Below, piece after piece: positions 25,966 to 34,924 of a stretch of DNA of 53,647 nt. This DNA is from a virus (taxonomy: Duplodnaviria > Caudoviricetes). How positions within the stretch are numbered: the stretch's first letter is position 1; each line of letters starts with the position of its first letter. Both the position numbers and the translations under genes were made by a program. Below the pieces are notes generated by a model. It was not told the DNA's origin. It worked only from the letters and a program-made list of their open reading frames with translations, and made no database searches. The stretch spans positions 1 to 53,647 of IMG/VR virus record IMGVR_UViG_3300042905_002653. One strand, given 5' to 3'.

Positions 25966-27999
25966 TCAGTAGCTCCTGGAGATGACGGCACGGGTGACCC
26001 GGCCACGGATGGCTGAGTCGAACGGTGGGCCGCCGAGCTGGCCGGATCTCGCGTCGATCGTCAGCCCGCCGACGAATGCGGCATTGCCGGCGTCGTCCTG
26101 GCCGCTGAACTTCACCCGGGCGCCATTGCGCTGCACGATGCTGCGCTGGATGCGGCGGGCGGCCCGGCTGGGAGGCACCCGGAAATATTCCACGCCGGCC
26201 ATTGGTGCGGTCCACTGGTGATTGATGGCGGTGATCTCGCTGCGCAGCTTGCGCCGCACCGTCTCCACCGGCGTTGGCGCGGGGCCGGATCCCACCTCGG
26301 ACCAGTAGTTGTCCATCGTGGCCTTGAGGCGGGCCACCAGGGCATTGACGAAGGCCACGGCGCCGCTGGTGAGCTGGCCACCGGCAATCAGCTGCGCGGC
26401 CAGGCGATCCCAGCTCGCCTTGAACGCGGCATGGAAGCTGTAGGCGTAGACGCAGGTGCCATCGAACTTGAACATGCCCTCGGCAAAGTTGAGCATCGGT
26501 CGCTCAAAGCCATGCACCAGGCTCGCCGCCAGCGCATCGAGGAACAGGCCGCTGTCGGTGCGGGTGAGTGTCTCGAATCCTGCGGGCCAGGTGTTGGCGC
26601 TGTGATTGGCCACCAGGAAGGACCACACATCGTTGATGAGCGCCACCCGCGCACCGTTGATGATCGTGGCGGCGTTGCCCTGGGTGGCGAGCACCGCTGG
26701 ATTCACTTTCAGCGGCACCACCCGCTGGATGCTGCCCTCGCTCCAGAAGCTGTAATCACCGAACTGGGAGCTGGAGCCCGACACCACCATCTGGCCGCCA
26801 TCGAGACACATGAAATGCCGGTGAGCGCCCACGCCGATGGCGTTCACCGGGTTCACAAAGCCCCGGTTGCGTGCCACATACCCCAGTCCATTGGCGGTGC
26901 TCGGGGTGAAGCCCCAGGTCATGATGTTGGGGTACACCGTGTAGGCGGACAGCACCGACGCATCCGCCAGTACGCAGCCGCCGCCACGGGGGTGCGCCGG
27001 GTTGCCGCCAGGCGCATCCATCGGCAGCGGTGTGGGCACATCCGTGGTCACGCTCGTCACCACGCAGTTCTGGCCATAGGGCACGCCGCCGGGGAGGATC
27101 AGAGCCCCGGGCCTGAACGCCATGGCGAACCCCTTGGTGGGGTTGTCGAAGTCGTCAATCCGCCAGCCGGTGAACTTCAGCCCGTAGAGGTGAACACCGT
27201 TGCCGCACAGGAACACATTGCGCTCCTCGTTACCGCTGGTGGGCCGGATCACGGTGCGGCGCTGCATGTTGCTGCTGATGATCGTGGTGAAGTCCGGCAC
27301 CGGGATCTCGCCCGCCGTGCTCACGTCGCCAAGCAACTTGACGGTCCAGCCCACCTTGTCGCCCTGGGCCTCGATGATCTCCAGCGCCCGCTCGATGGAC
27401 GCCAGCGCCCGGTCCTCGTTCCGCCCCGTGGAGTTGTTGTTGCCGCCAGGGGCTACATACAGCGTCTTGTGGACGTCGTGGCTGGGCCTTGCGGTAACAG
27501 TGATCGGCGCTGTGCCGTCGAATGGCACTCCGTTGATCGCCCGCGGGGTGGTGAGGCGATCTGCTCTGACCGCTGCGGCAGCGCTGACAGCAAAGCCTGC
27601 CGATGCGGCATAGGTTGCAGTCCCAGCGGCCTGCGACAGGGCCGCGAAGCGGCTGCGGTCGAGCAGCTCCTGGATCACATACAGGCTCTGCAGATCGGCC
27701 CGGTTGTGATCAAAGGCCTGAATTGTGGAGCCGTCGGTCCACTCCACCAGCTGTACCGCCTTGGGCGTGGCGCGGAGGATGGTCAGCTCCTGTCCATTGG
27801 GGGCAGGGTCAGTGAGCCGGATGCGGGTGTCGCTGATCCAGGTGAAGCCGCCAGGGGTGAACAGCTCTGTGGCGAGTGTGTCCTCGAAGTAGTCCCACCC
27901 ATAGCCGACGCGCACATGGGCGCGGCTGAGATAGGGGAACGGCACATCGAAGTCCTTGGTGCTGCCGTTGCCGGGGTAGGTGATGTAGGAGAGGGACAC
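25966..27999 (-). CDS. Tail fibre/spike (T7 gp17 N-terminal anchor plus beta-helix-like region)
   Basis: YPGNGSTKDFDVPFPYLSRAHVRV...QSLYVIQE; INGVPFDGT; LYVAPGGNNNSTG. Confidence 0.9.
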   Translation of the reverse strand: MSLSYITYPGNGSTKDFDVPFPYLSRAHVRVGYGWDYFEDTLATELFTPGGFTWISDTRIRLTDPAPNGQELTILRATPKAVQLVEWTDGSTIQAFDHNRADLQSLYVIQELLDRSRFAALSQAAGTATYAASAGFAVSAAAAVRADRLTTPRAINGVPFDGTAPITVTARPSHDVHKTLYVAPGGNNNSTGRNEDRALASIERALEIIEAQGDKVGWTVKLLGDVSTAGEIPVPDFTTIISSNMQRRTVIRPTSGNEERNVFLCGNGVHLYGLKFTGWRIDDFDNPTKGFAMAFRPGALILPGGVPYGQNCVVTSVTTDVPTPLPMDAPGGNPAHPRGGGCVLADASVLSAYTVYPNIMTWGFTPSTANGLGYVARNRGFVNPVNAIGVGAHRHFMCLDGGQMVVSGSSSQFGDYSFWSEGSIQRVVPLKVNPAVLATQGNAATIINGARVALINDVWSFLVANHSANTWPAGFETLTRTDSGLFLDALAASLVHGFERPMLNFAEGMFKFDGTCVYAYSFHAAFKASWDRLAAQLIAGGQLTSGAVAFVNALVARLKATMDNYWSEVGSGPAPTPVETVRRKLRSEITAINHQWTAPMAGVEYFRVPPSRAARRIQRSIVQRNGARVKFSGQDDAGNAAFVGGLTIDARSGQLGGPPFDSAIRGRVTRAVISRSY

Positions 28000-28004
28000 C
28001 AGCT

Positions 28005-28018
28005 CTGCACGGCTGCAG
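28005..28018. promoter_or_regulatory. Palindrome before the tail fibre
   Basis: CTGCACGGCTGCAG, 5 bp from the GTG. Confidence 0.7.
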
Positions 28019-28047
28019 ACCTATTGTGCCCCTCCCTTGCGGGTGCG

Positions 28048-31000
28048 CTACCGCTGGGCCGGGACTGGCTGGCCCAGGGATTCCATCAGGTCGCGCAGCT
28101 TGTCGGTCTGACCCTTGAACGCCTCCCTGGCAATCGCTGCCCGCCGCTCGCGCCAGTCCTGGGCGGCGGGGGTGCTCGATGCCTCCAGCTGGTCCTGAGT
28201 GAGCAGCTGGTAGTAGTCGTAGACGCCCTGGATCATCTGCGATGCGGCCTGTGCGCGGCGGCGTGCTGGCGGCATGTCCCGCACTTCCAGATCGGAGGTG
28301 GTGCCGGGGAGATCCTGCATCCGCTTGTAGACCGGATCGTTGAACAGGGAGGTGAAGGCCTCGACGATCGTGCGGCCCTTGACGTGCTTTGAGAGGAACG
28401 GGCCCAGGTCGATCGTGGCGCTGCTGCCGCTCTTGGCCACCACCACGCCAGCGCCCGCGAACTGCTTGCGCATGTCGATCGGGGTTTCCAGCTGCATAGG
28501 GAAGCTCACCGACACCTTGCGGCCGGCCAGCGCCATCCGCGCCTCCAGGGGGATGTTGCCCTTCACGGCGCCGAAGGTGTCGTTGTACTCCTTCTGCAGC
28601 TCGCTGCTCATCGACACCCCCTCCAGCTGACGGGTGAGCAGTGGCCCGGGCAGGGTGAGGCGGCCCTGGGCGTCGAGCTCGGCATAGACCCGCTGGTTGG
28701 CGCGGGGCCACATGCGCGGGTGGAAGCGGGATTTCATCGCCTCGGCCCAGTCGGCGCCGAACTCCAGATGGATGGGCTGGCCCAGGAAGTCCTGCTCCTT
28801 GCGCGGTGCGCCGCCGGGGAGGCCCAGCAGGGGAATGGTGCCGAAGGCCAGGTTGCGCAGGGTGCGCTCCAGCTTGGCCGCCGGGTCGTCCTCGCCCAGC
28901 GTTGCCCGCTCGGTCGCATTGGGCAGCTCGTCCCGGTAGAAGTCGGTGGCATTGGAGCCGGTGGCCCGCTGCAGATCGCGCATGATGCCGCTGCCAGGCA
29001 GCTGGCCCTGGCCGAGCCACTGCACCAGCCGGGGCATCTGCTGTTCTGGATCGAGCAGCGCATCCACCAGCCGCTGCAGCTGGCCGAAGCCGGTCTGGCG
29101 GATGATCTGGCTGGTGAGCACCTGGGCGATCCCCCACCAAGCCTTGTTCTGGTCGAAGTTGCTGTATGTGCCGCTGACGAAGGTTTCCTTGAGGTCCTTC
29201 CACAGGAACAGGGTATTGAGGATCGGCAGGCCGCCCAGGTAGGGCACTCCCGCGATGCTGTTGGGCTTGTTGCCTTCCAGCAGCCAGGCGCGGCGGGCGT
29301 TCGGCTCCAGTGGTCCGTTGCCCTCGATCAGGCCCATCATGTCGAGGCCGGCGAACAGGCCCAGCAGGCCGCCAGTGGTCACCCATCCCGCCTGCACCTT
29401 GGCGATCTGCTCCTTGGTGGGGTTCTTGTCGAAGATGATCTCGATCGTTTCCGCCAGCGGCCCGAAGGTGAGGCGGGTGTCGAACAGGAACTGGTTGAAC
29501 GGCGCCCGCCAGTAGGGCACCAGCGCATCGACGGCCCAGTGTTTGCGTGCTTCCATCACGGCCGTGTCGATGGCGCCGGGCAGGCCGCCCTCTGGCTTGG
29601 CCTGCATCCGGTTCCTGAGCGAGTAGGCCATTGCCTCCTGCGCCTCTGGCGTGTCCAGCGTGGGGCGGCCGTAGGTCTCCCGCACCCGCTCGGCGGTGAT
29701 GATCGCCTTGATCTCGTCGTCGGTGATGTCGCTGCCCTTGAGCTTGTGCTGCCGGCGGAAGGCCTTGACGTTCGCCTCGGTGGGGGCGGCCTGGTAGAAG
29801 GCCTCCTCCATCTGTTTCAGCACCCACTCGTCGCGGGTGCGCTGATCCAGCAGGCCCAGCTGCACGCCATCGCGGCGGGCCTTGATCTCCAGGTCGTTCT
29901 TGAGCTTGAACACGAAGGCGTCGTAGCCCAGCACGCTGTCGGTGGCGCTCATCGCCCGCAGCGCGGGGGTGAGCATTGCCGGGTTCTTGCCGCTCCAGTG
30001 GTAGCGGAGCATGGCCACGCCAGCCTGGATCTTGTGGACCGTGGTGGCGTAGTTCTCGGGCCGCAGCGGGCCGCCGGGGCGGTACGGCTGCTCGATGATC
30101 GCCTGCACCTGGCCCAGCAGCTGCTCGTTGTTGCTGCTGCTCCTGCCGTAGGTGTCGAGGTTGCCGCCGAACGGTGCATCGCCGCGGAGGAAGGAATCGG
30201 CCGCCAGCTCGCGCCAGCTGCGCCGCACCGCATCGTGGCTGTAGGCCGCGCTCTCCCAGGCGATCCGCAGGCCCTCGCCGAACGCTTCGCGGCTGAACCG
30301 GGTGCCGTGGGGGGTGAGGTTGCCGATGTTCTCGAAGGCCTGGTGGACGAAGCCATGGGTGTTGGCCAGCCAGGTGCCCATCAGGTTGGCCTTGGCCTGG
30401 CTGCCGAAGTTCTGCAGCTGGCTGTCCTTCACCAGCGCATTGCCGAAGCGCAGGTGGGGGTTCTCCCAGCCCTTGCCGATGCTGCTGCTGGGGTCAATCG
30501 AATCCACGATCGCGCCGACCCGGAGCTGCTCGACCTGCTCGGCGGCGCCATTGTCGATCGCTTCCATCACCCGGCCGAAGTGGCTGTCGGGTGTCACCTC
30601 GCGGGCGGGGGCGCCGATCGTCTCGGCGGCCTCGGTCATGTCCACCCGGAAGTTGTCGGGTGCGGCAAAGTCGTCCTGCAGGCTGCGCAGCGCCTGGCCG
30701 GTGCGGCGCTTGGCCATGTTGACGTGGCGCTCGCTCATCAGCGCCAGCTTGTAGGCGCTGAATGTGCGGGCCCGCAGGGCATCCGGCACTGGGGCGCTGG
30801 TGGTTCGCATGTACTCGGCCACGGTTTGCAGCGTGTCGAGGTAGCTGGTCTTGGCGGTTTCCGACAGGAACCGCAGCCGGGTCATCCGTTCGGCCAGGGT
30901 GGTGAAGGCCGCGGCGTTGTTGGCCAGGGCCGCGGCGATCGTGTCGGCATCGGTGAACTCCTTGTAGGCATCAGCCACGGACTGCAGCAGCCGCTCGCGG

Positions 31001-31440
31001 CCGTACACCTCGGTCACAAAGGCGAAGTCGTCCGGGTCGAGCTCCTTCCAGGCCCCAGTCAGGGCCTCGCTGAGCTTGGCGTAGTCCTCGGCGTTCTGGA
31101 TGTTGGCGTTGTCGATCAGCTGCCGGTAGTTGACGAAGCGGCCCTCGGCGCCGACGGGCTTGGCGCGGTTGCCCAGGCCCCGCTGCACCATCCGGTCCAG
31201 CTCGTCGGAGCTCATGCTCGACACATAGCCGTGGTAGGCCCGGTTGATCTCCGCATCGCTGATCGAGCGCGAGGTGCCGTCCTGCATGGGGATGACGAAC
31301 TGGCGCTTCACCTCGTCTTTGAGGAACTGTTCGCCGGCCTTGCGTGCGCGTTCGGATGCTTCGAGGTCTTTCTGCAGCTGAGCGTTCTGCTCCTGCAGGC
31401 GCTTGATCTCGTCGTAGAAGTCGTTGCAGTTGTTGGCCAT
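28048..31440 (-). CDS. Internal virion (ejection) protein, gp16-like
   Basis: 1130 aa, helical, immediately before the tail fibre. Confidence 0.75.
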   Translation of the reverse strand: MANNCNDFYDEIKRLQEQNAQLQKDLEASERARKAGEQFLKDEVKRQFVIPMQDGTSRSISDAEINRAYHGYVSSMSSDELDRMVQRGLGNRAKPVGAEGRFVNYRQLIDNANIQNAEDYAKLSEALTGAWKELDPDDFAFVTEVYGRERLLQSVADAYKEFTDADTIAAALANNAAAFTTLAERMTRLRFLSETAKTSYLDTLQTVAEYMRTTSAPVPDALRARTFSAYKLALMSERHVNMAKRRTGQALRSLQDDFAAPDNFRVDMTEAAETIGAPAREVTPDSHFGRVMEAIDNGAAEQVEQLRVGAIVDSIDPSSSIGKGWENPHLRFGNALVKDSQLQNFGSQAKANLMGTWLANTHGFVHQAFENIGNLTPHGTRFSREAFGEGLRIAWESAAYSHDAVRRSWRELAADSFLRGDAPFGGNLDTYGRSSSNNEQLLGQVQAIIEQPYRPGGPLRPENYATTVHKIQAGVAMLRYHWSGKNPAMLTPALRAMSATDSVLGYDAFVFKLKNDLEIKARRDGVQLGLLDQRTRDEWVLKQMEEAFYQAAPTEANVKAFRRQHKLKGSDITDDEIKAIITAERVRETYGRPTLDTPEAQEAMAYSLRNRMQAKPEGGLPGAIDTAVMEARKHWAVDALVPYWRAPFNQFLFDTRLTFGPLAETIEIIFDKNPTKEQIAKVQAGWVTTGGLLGLFAGLDMMGLIEGNGPLEPNARRAWLLEGNKPNSIAGVPYLGGLPILNTLFLWKDLKETFVSGTYSNFDQNKAWWGIAQVLTSQIIRQTGFGQLQRLVDALLDPEQQMPRLVQWLGQGQLPGSGIMRDLQRATGSNATDFYRDELPNATERATLGEDDPAAKLERTLRNLAFGTIPLLGLPGGAPRKEQDFLGQPIHLEFGADWAEAMKSRFHPRMWPRANQRVYAELDAQGRLTLPGPLLTRQLEGVSMSSELQKEYNDTFGAVKGNIPLEARMALAGRKVSVSFPMQLETPIDMRKQFAGAGVVVAKSGSSATIDLGPFLSKHVKGRTIVEAFTSLFNDPVYKRMQDLPGTTSDLEVRDMPPARRRAQAASQMIQGVYDYYQLLTQDQLEASSTPAAQDWRERRAAIAREAFKGQTDKLRDLMESLGQPVPAQR

Positions 31441-31442
31441 GG

Positions 31443-34400
31443 TCAGCAGCCCTCCTGTTGAGCTTGACGGCGGATTTCATCCATCCGCTGGTTGTTGGTT
31501 TCGATCTGTTTGCGGGCGGCCTGGTCGGCCTTTTTGGATCGCGGCTTGACTGGCGGCTCGTCGCTGTCGGTGAGCTTCATCGGCTCGGGCCGGATCGGGG
31601 CTGGCGCCAGGGCGGGATCGCCTTCCATCGCATCCAGATCGTCCACCAGCCCCTTGATGCGCTGCAGCCGCTCCCCGGCGGCCCGGTAGAGGCGCGCATC
31701 TGATTGCGCCATGGCGCGGGCGTTCTGCTCGAACAGGTCCGCAATCGACGGGCCGGCGTCGTACCCGTCCGCCATGCCCAGCTCCTTCTTCTGCTCGAAG
31801 GTGAGCAGCTCGTAATCCATCGCATCGCGGGCGCCCTCTCTGGCGATCGCCTGCATCTGCGCATCGCGCTCGGCGAACTCCAGCCCCAGCCGCAGCTCGT
31901 CCGCAGCGGCCTGCGCAGCGGGGCTGCCGGGCTCCAGCTGGCCACGGGCCTCCAGATCGGCACGGGCCACATCGGGCCGCACGCTGGGCCCATCGGGCAG
32001 CTCGGGGATGGGGGTCTCGGGTGGGCGAATCTCGGCCTGGTCGGCGGCCTTCTGCACGGCCTGGATCTGCAGCGCAGCACGCTCCTCGGGGGAGAGGGCC
32101 GGCGCCGGTGCGTCCGCCGCTGGCGCTGCCTCAGGTCGCGCCGTGGGCATCCCCTGCTCGTCGAGGCTGCGGCGGACGGCCTCGGCGATGTCGCCACGGA
32201 TCCGATCAGCGATCACGCCAGGCTTGGCGCCCTCGGCGATCTGGCGGGCACCGTCGTTCAGCAGGTCGCTTACCGGCCCCGGAGCGTATTTGAGCTCGTC
32301 GAACATGGCCAGCACCTGGGTGGTGTCGGCTGCGATGGCCTTGTTGCCGGCCACGTTGATCTTGTTGCCCGCCTGCTCCAGCCGGCCGGCGCCCTTGGCG
32401 GCCGTGCCAAAGAAGCGCTTGTCCTTGAGCAGGTCCTGGCGGATCTTCACCACCAGATCGGCCTTCTGGCTCATCAACGACATGGCCTCGGTGTTGCCGA
32501 ACAGGTCCACCTGGCTGCCCTGCACCACAGGGGCGCTGCGCACCTGGGCCACCATCTCGGCGAACTTGGCATCGCTCATGTCCTGGCCGCCCAGGGCCTT
32601 GAACGCCGTCTGCATCTGGGTCTCGTCCAGCCCGCTGCCGCCCAGGGAGGCCGCCTTGCCCACCGACAGCCGGCCATCCACGGCCGCCTGGAAGATGTTG
32701 TCCGGCAGCTGCGCCAGCGCCAGCCCGCGGGCCGCATTGCCGCTGCTCATCGGCACGCCCATCTGCTGCAGCTGGTCGGGGCTGGTGATGCCGCTGTCCC
32801 GCATGAACTTGGCCGCATCGAACACCGTGCCCTGGCCGGCCTTGATGTTGGACAGAGCTCCCATAGCCCGGGCCTCCTGGGCGGTGGCCGCCGGCAGCTC
32901 GCGCACCGGCACCGTGGGGATGCCCAGCTGCTGCGCCCGCGCCAGCCGGTTGTGGCCGTTCACGACATAGGTGCGGCCATCGGCCGGGTCGGTCCACACA
33001 TCGAGCGCGCCTTCGGCGTTGGTGTCCCACCGGTTCACGCCAGCGAGGCTGCTGCCCAGCTGCTCGCCCTGCTCGTTCACGCCCTGCTTGAACTGGAACC
33101 GCTCGGGGTCGGCCGCGATCTCGGTCGTGGGTCGCATCCCCTGGTTCCAGTCGCGCACCAGCAGGCTCTGGCCGGTCTGCTGCTGATAGGCGGCCAGGCC
33201 CTCGATGATGTCGGCCTTGGTGAACTCCTCCCAGTCGCGGCCGGTCAGGTCGCCGATCAGCTGTGACAGCTCGGGGTTGTTGCCTGGCGCCGCCACGCTC
33301 CGCAGCGTGTCCATCGGCATGGCCTCCAGCGTGGCCTCATAGGGGATCGGCTGGCCGTCGGGCCCCAGCCGCTCGGCGATGTTTTCGCCTGGCGCCATCA
33401 CCGCACCCTGCGCCAGCTCCGGCCGCACCGGCATCGCCTGCCGTTCCTGCAGCAGCTGATCGAGCTGCTCCACCACCGGGCCCGGCTGGCTCACCAGCAT
33501 CTGCAGCTGGTCGTCATCGAGCTCGCGCACCAGGTTGAACACCACGTCTGCCTCGGGCAGCTCGGGGTCGTAGATCATCTCGAAGGGGCTGTCCTCGATC
33601 CCCTCCACCTCCAGCTGACCGCCGGCGGGCGCGTCGGGCTCGGCTGCTTTGGGCGGCTGGGCGTCGATCTCGAGGCTGATCTGGGCCGCTGGGGCATCGG
33701 CCGCAGCAGGCAGGGCCGGCGCTGCAGTGGGGGTGGGCTCTGCAGCAGGCAGGGCCGGCGCCGCCGGGGGGCGCTCACCGCCGCCGCCAATCCACCTGTC
33801 GATCTCTGCCTGCGCTGTCGCCTCTGCCTCGATCTCGGACGTGCGCAGCGCAATCGCACCCGTGTCCGGGTCGGTCACTGTGACCCCGGCCTGTTCCAGC
33901 TGTGCGCGGGCGTCCGTGATCTCGGCCACCTTGCGGTTGCTGGCGGTCCACCGCTTGCTGTTGCGCAGGGAGCTGATGATGCCCGGGCTGCGCGTCACCC
34001 CGGCCGCCACCTCGCCCACGCCGCTGATGGCCACGCCGGGCAGGGCATTGGGGATGAGGCTCTTGATGGCCGAGTCGATCCAGTCGTCCTCGCCCACGTC
34101 CACCGACAGGGGCAGCTTCATCCCGAAGGCATCGCCCAGGTTGGCCAGGTTGCCGCCGCGGTTGTCGTCCGCGAAGGTGGCCAGCAGCTCGCCAGCAGCC
34201 AAGCGTGCCCCGCCGGTGATCACTGCGCCCGTGGCGCCAACACCAATGGCAGGGATGGCTTTCACCGCTGCAGCGGTGGCGATCACGGAGGTGCCAACGC
34301 TGCGAGCGGTGGCATCCAGGCCCCGCTCAAACTCGTTCTGCTGCCCGGGCGGGGTGGCGCCCATCACCCGGTAGCCGGCCTGGCTCACCCGCTCGATGAA

Positions 34401-34904
34401 GTTGCCGGGCCTGCTGCCCTCCGGGTTGGCTGGCTTGCCGCTCGGCTTCTGCCCCAAGGCCACCACCAGCTTGCCGGCGTTCTCGGCGGCCCCCACGGTG
34501 AGCGCTGCGTTGATGTTGCGGCCGGCCTGCCCCGCGATGGTGGGCAGCACGTTCATCACATTCAGGCCGGGGATCGAGCCGGTCACCGCCTGCCGCACCC
34601 GGCCGCCGAAGCCCTGGGGGTTGCGGCGGTTGGTGTCGGCGATCTGCTTGCCGATGTACTTGAGCTCGTTCTTGATCGCCCCGAGCGGGTTGCTCCAGGG
34701 CGAGCGGTTGAGCTTGCCGGTGCTCTGCAGCCGCTGGTAGCTGGCGGGGGACTGCCACCGCCAATCGGGGCCAGCCCACGCCACCTGGCGACCACCCAGG
34801 ACAGAGCGCGAACCGAGCGGGCGGTTCTGGTCGGTGTGCTTGGGGCCCTGCTGCGGCTTGTCGGGGACAACAGGCTGGCCGGAGCCGGTGAACTTGATAG
34901 GCAT
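31443..34904 (-). CDS. Internal virion protein with central ParB/Srx-like domain
   Basis: IAADPERFQFK...VWTDPADGRTYVVNGHNRL; position in ejection-protein block. Confidence 0.75.
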   Translation of the reverse strand: MPIKFTGSGQPVVPDKPQQGPKHTDQNRPLGSRSVLGGRQVAWAGPDWRWQSPASYQRLQSTGKLNRSPWSNPLGAIKNELKYIGKQIADTNRRNPQGFGGRVRQAVTGSIPGLNVMNVLPTIAGQAGRNINAALTVGAAENAGKLVVALGQKPSGKPANPEGSRPGNFIERVSQAGYRVMGATPPGQQNEFERGLDATARSVGTSVIATAAAVKAIPAIGVGATGAVITGGARLAAGELLATFADDNRGGNLANLGDAFGMKLPLSVDVGEDDWIDSAIKSLIPNALPGVAISGVGEVAAGVTRSPGIISSLRNSKRWTASNRKVAEITDARAQLEQAGVTVTDPDTGAIALRTSEIEAEATAQAEIDRWIGGGGERPPAAPALPAAEPTPTAAPALPAAADAPAAQISLEIDAQPPKAAEPDAPAGGQLEVEGIEDSPFEMIYDPELPEADVVFNLVRELDDDQLQMLVSQPGPVVEQLDQLLQERQAMPVRPELAQGAVMAPGENIAERLGPDGQPIPYEATLEAMPMDTLRSVAAPGNNPELSQLIGDLTGRDWEEFTKADIIEGLAAYQQQTGQSLLVRDWNQGMRPTTEIAADPERFQFKQGVNEQGEQLGSSLAGVNRWDTNAEGALDVWTDPADGRTYVVNGHNRLARAQQLGIPTVPVRELPAATAQEARAMGALSNIKAGQGTVFDAAKFMRDSGITSPDQLQQMGVPMSSGNAARGLALAQLPDNIFQAAVDGRLSVGKAASLGGSGLDETQMQTAFKALGGQDMSDAKFAEMVAQVRSAPVVQGSQVDLFGNTEAMSLMSQKADLVVKIRQDLLKDKRFFGTAAKGAGRLEQAGNKINVAGNKAIAADTTQVLAMFDELKYAPGPVSDLLNDGARQIAEGAKPGVIADRIRGDIAEAVRRSLDEQGMPTARPEAAPAADAPAPALSPEERAALQIQAVQKAADQAEIRPPETPIPELPDGPSVRPDVARADLEARGQLEPGSPAAQAAADELRLGLEFAERDAQMQAIAREGARDAMDYELLTFEQKKELGMADGYDAGPSIADLFEQNARAMAQSDARLYRAAGERLQRIKGLVDDLDAMEGDPALAPAPIRPEPMKLTDSDEPPVKPRSKKADQAARKQIETNNQRMDEIRRQAQQEGC

Positions 34905-34924
34905 GGGTTACCTCCCGGAGATGG

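Noticed and set aside
26218-33266. Long plus-strand ORFs (724, 913, 520 aa) and Arg-rich alternate-frame ORFs
   Set aside because: Antisense or frame shadows of GC-rich genes, with no motifs.
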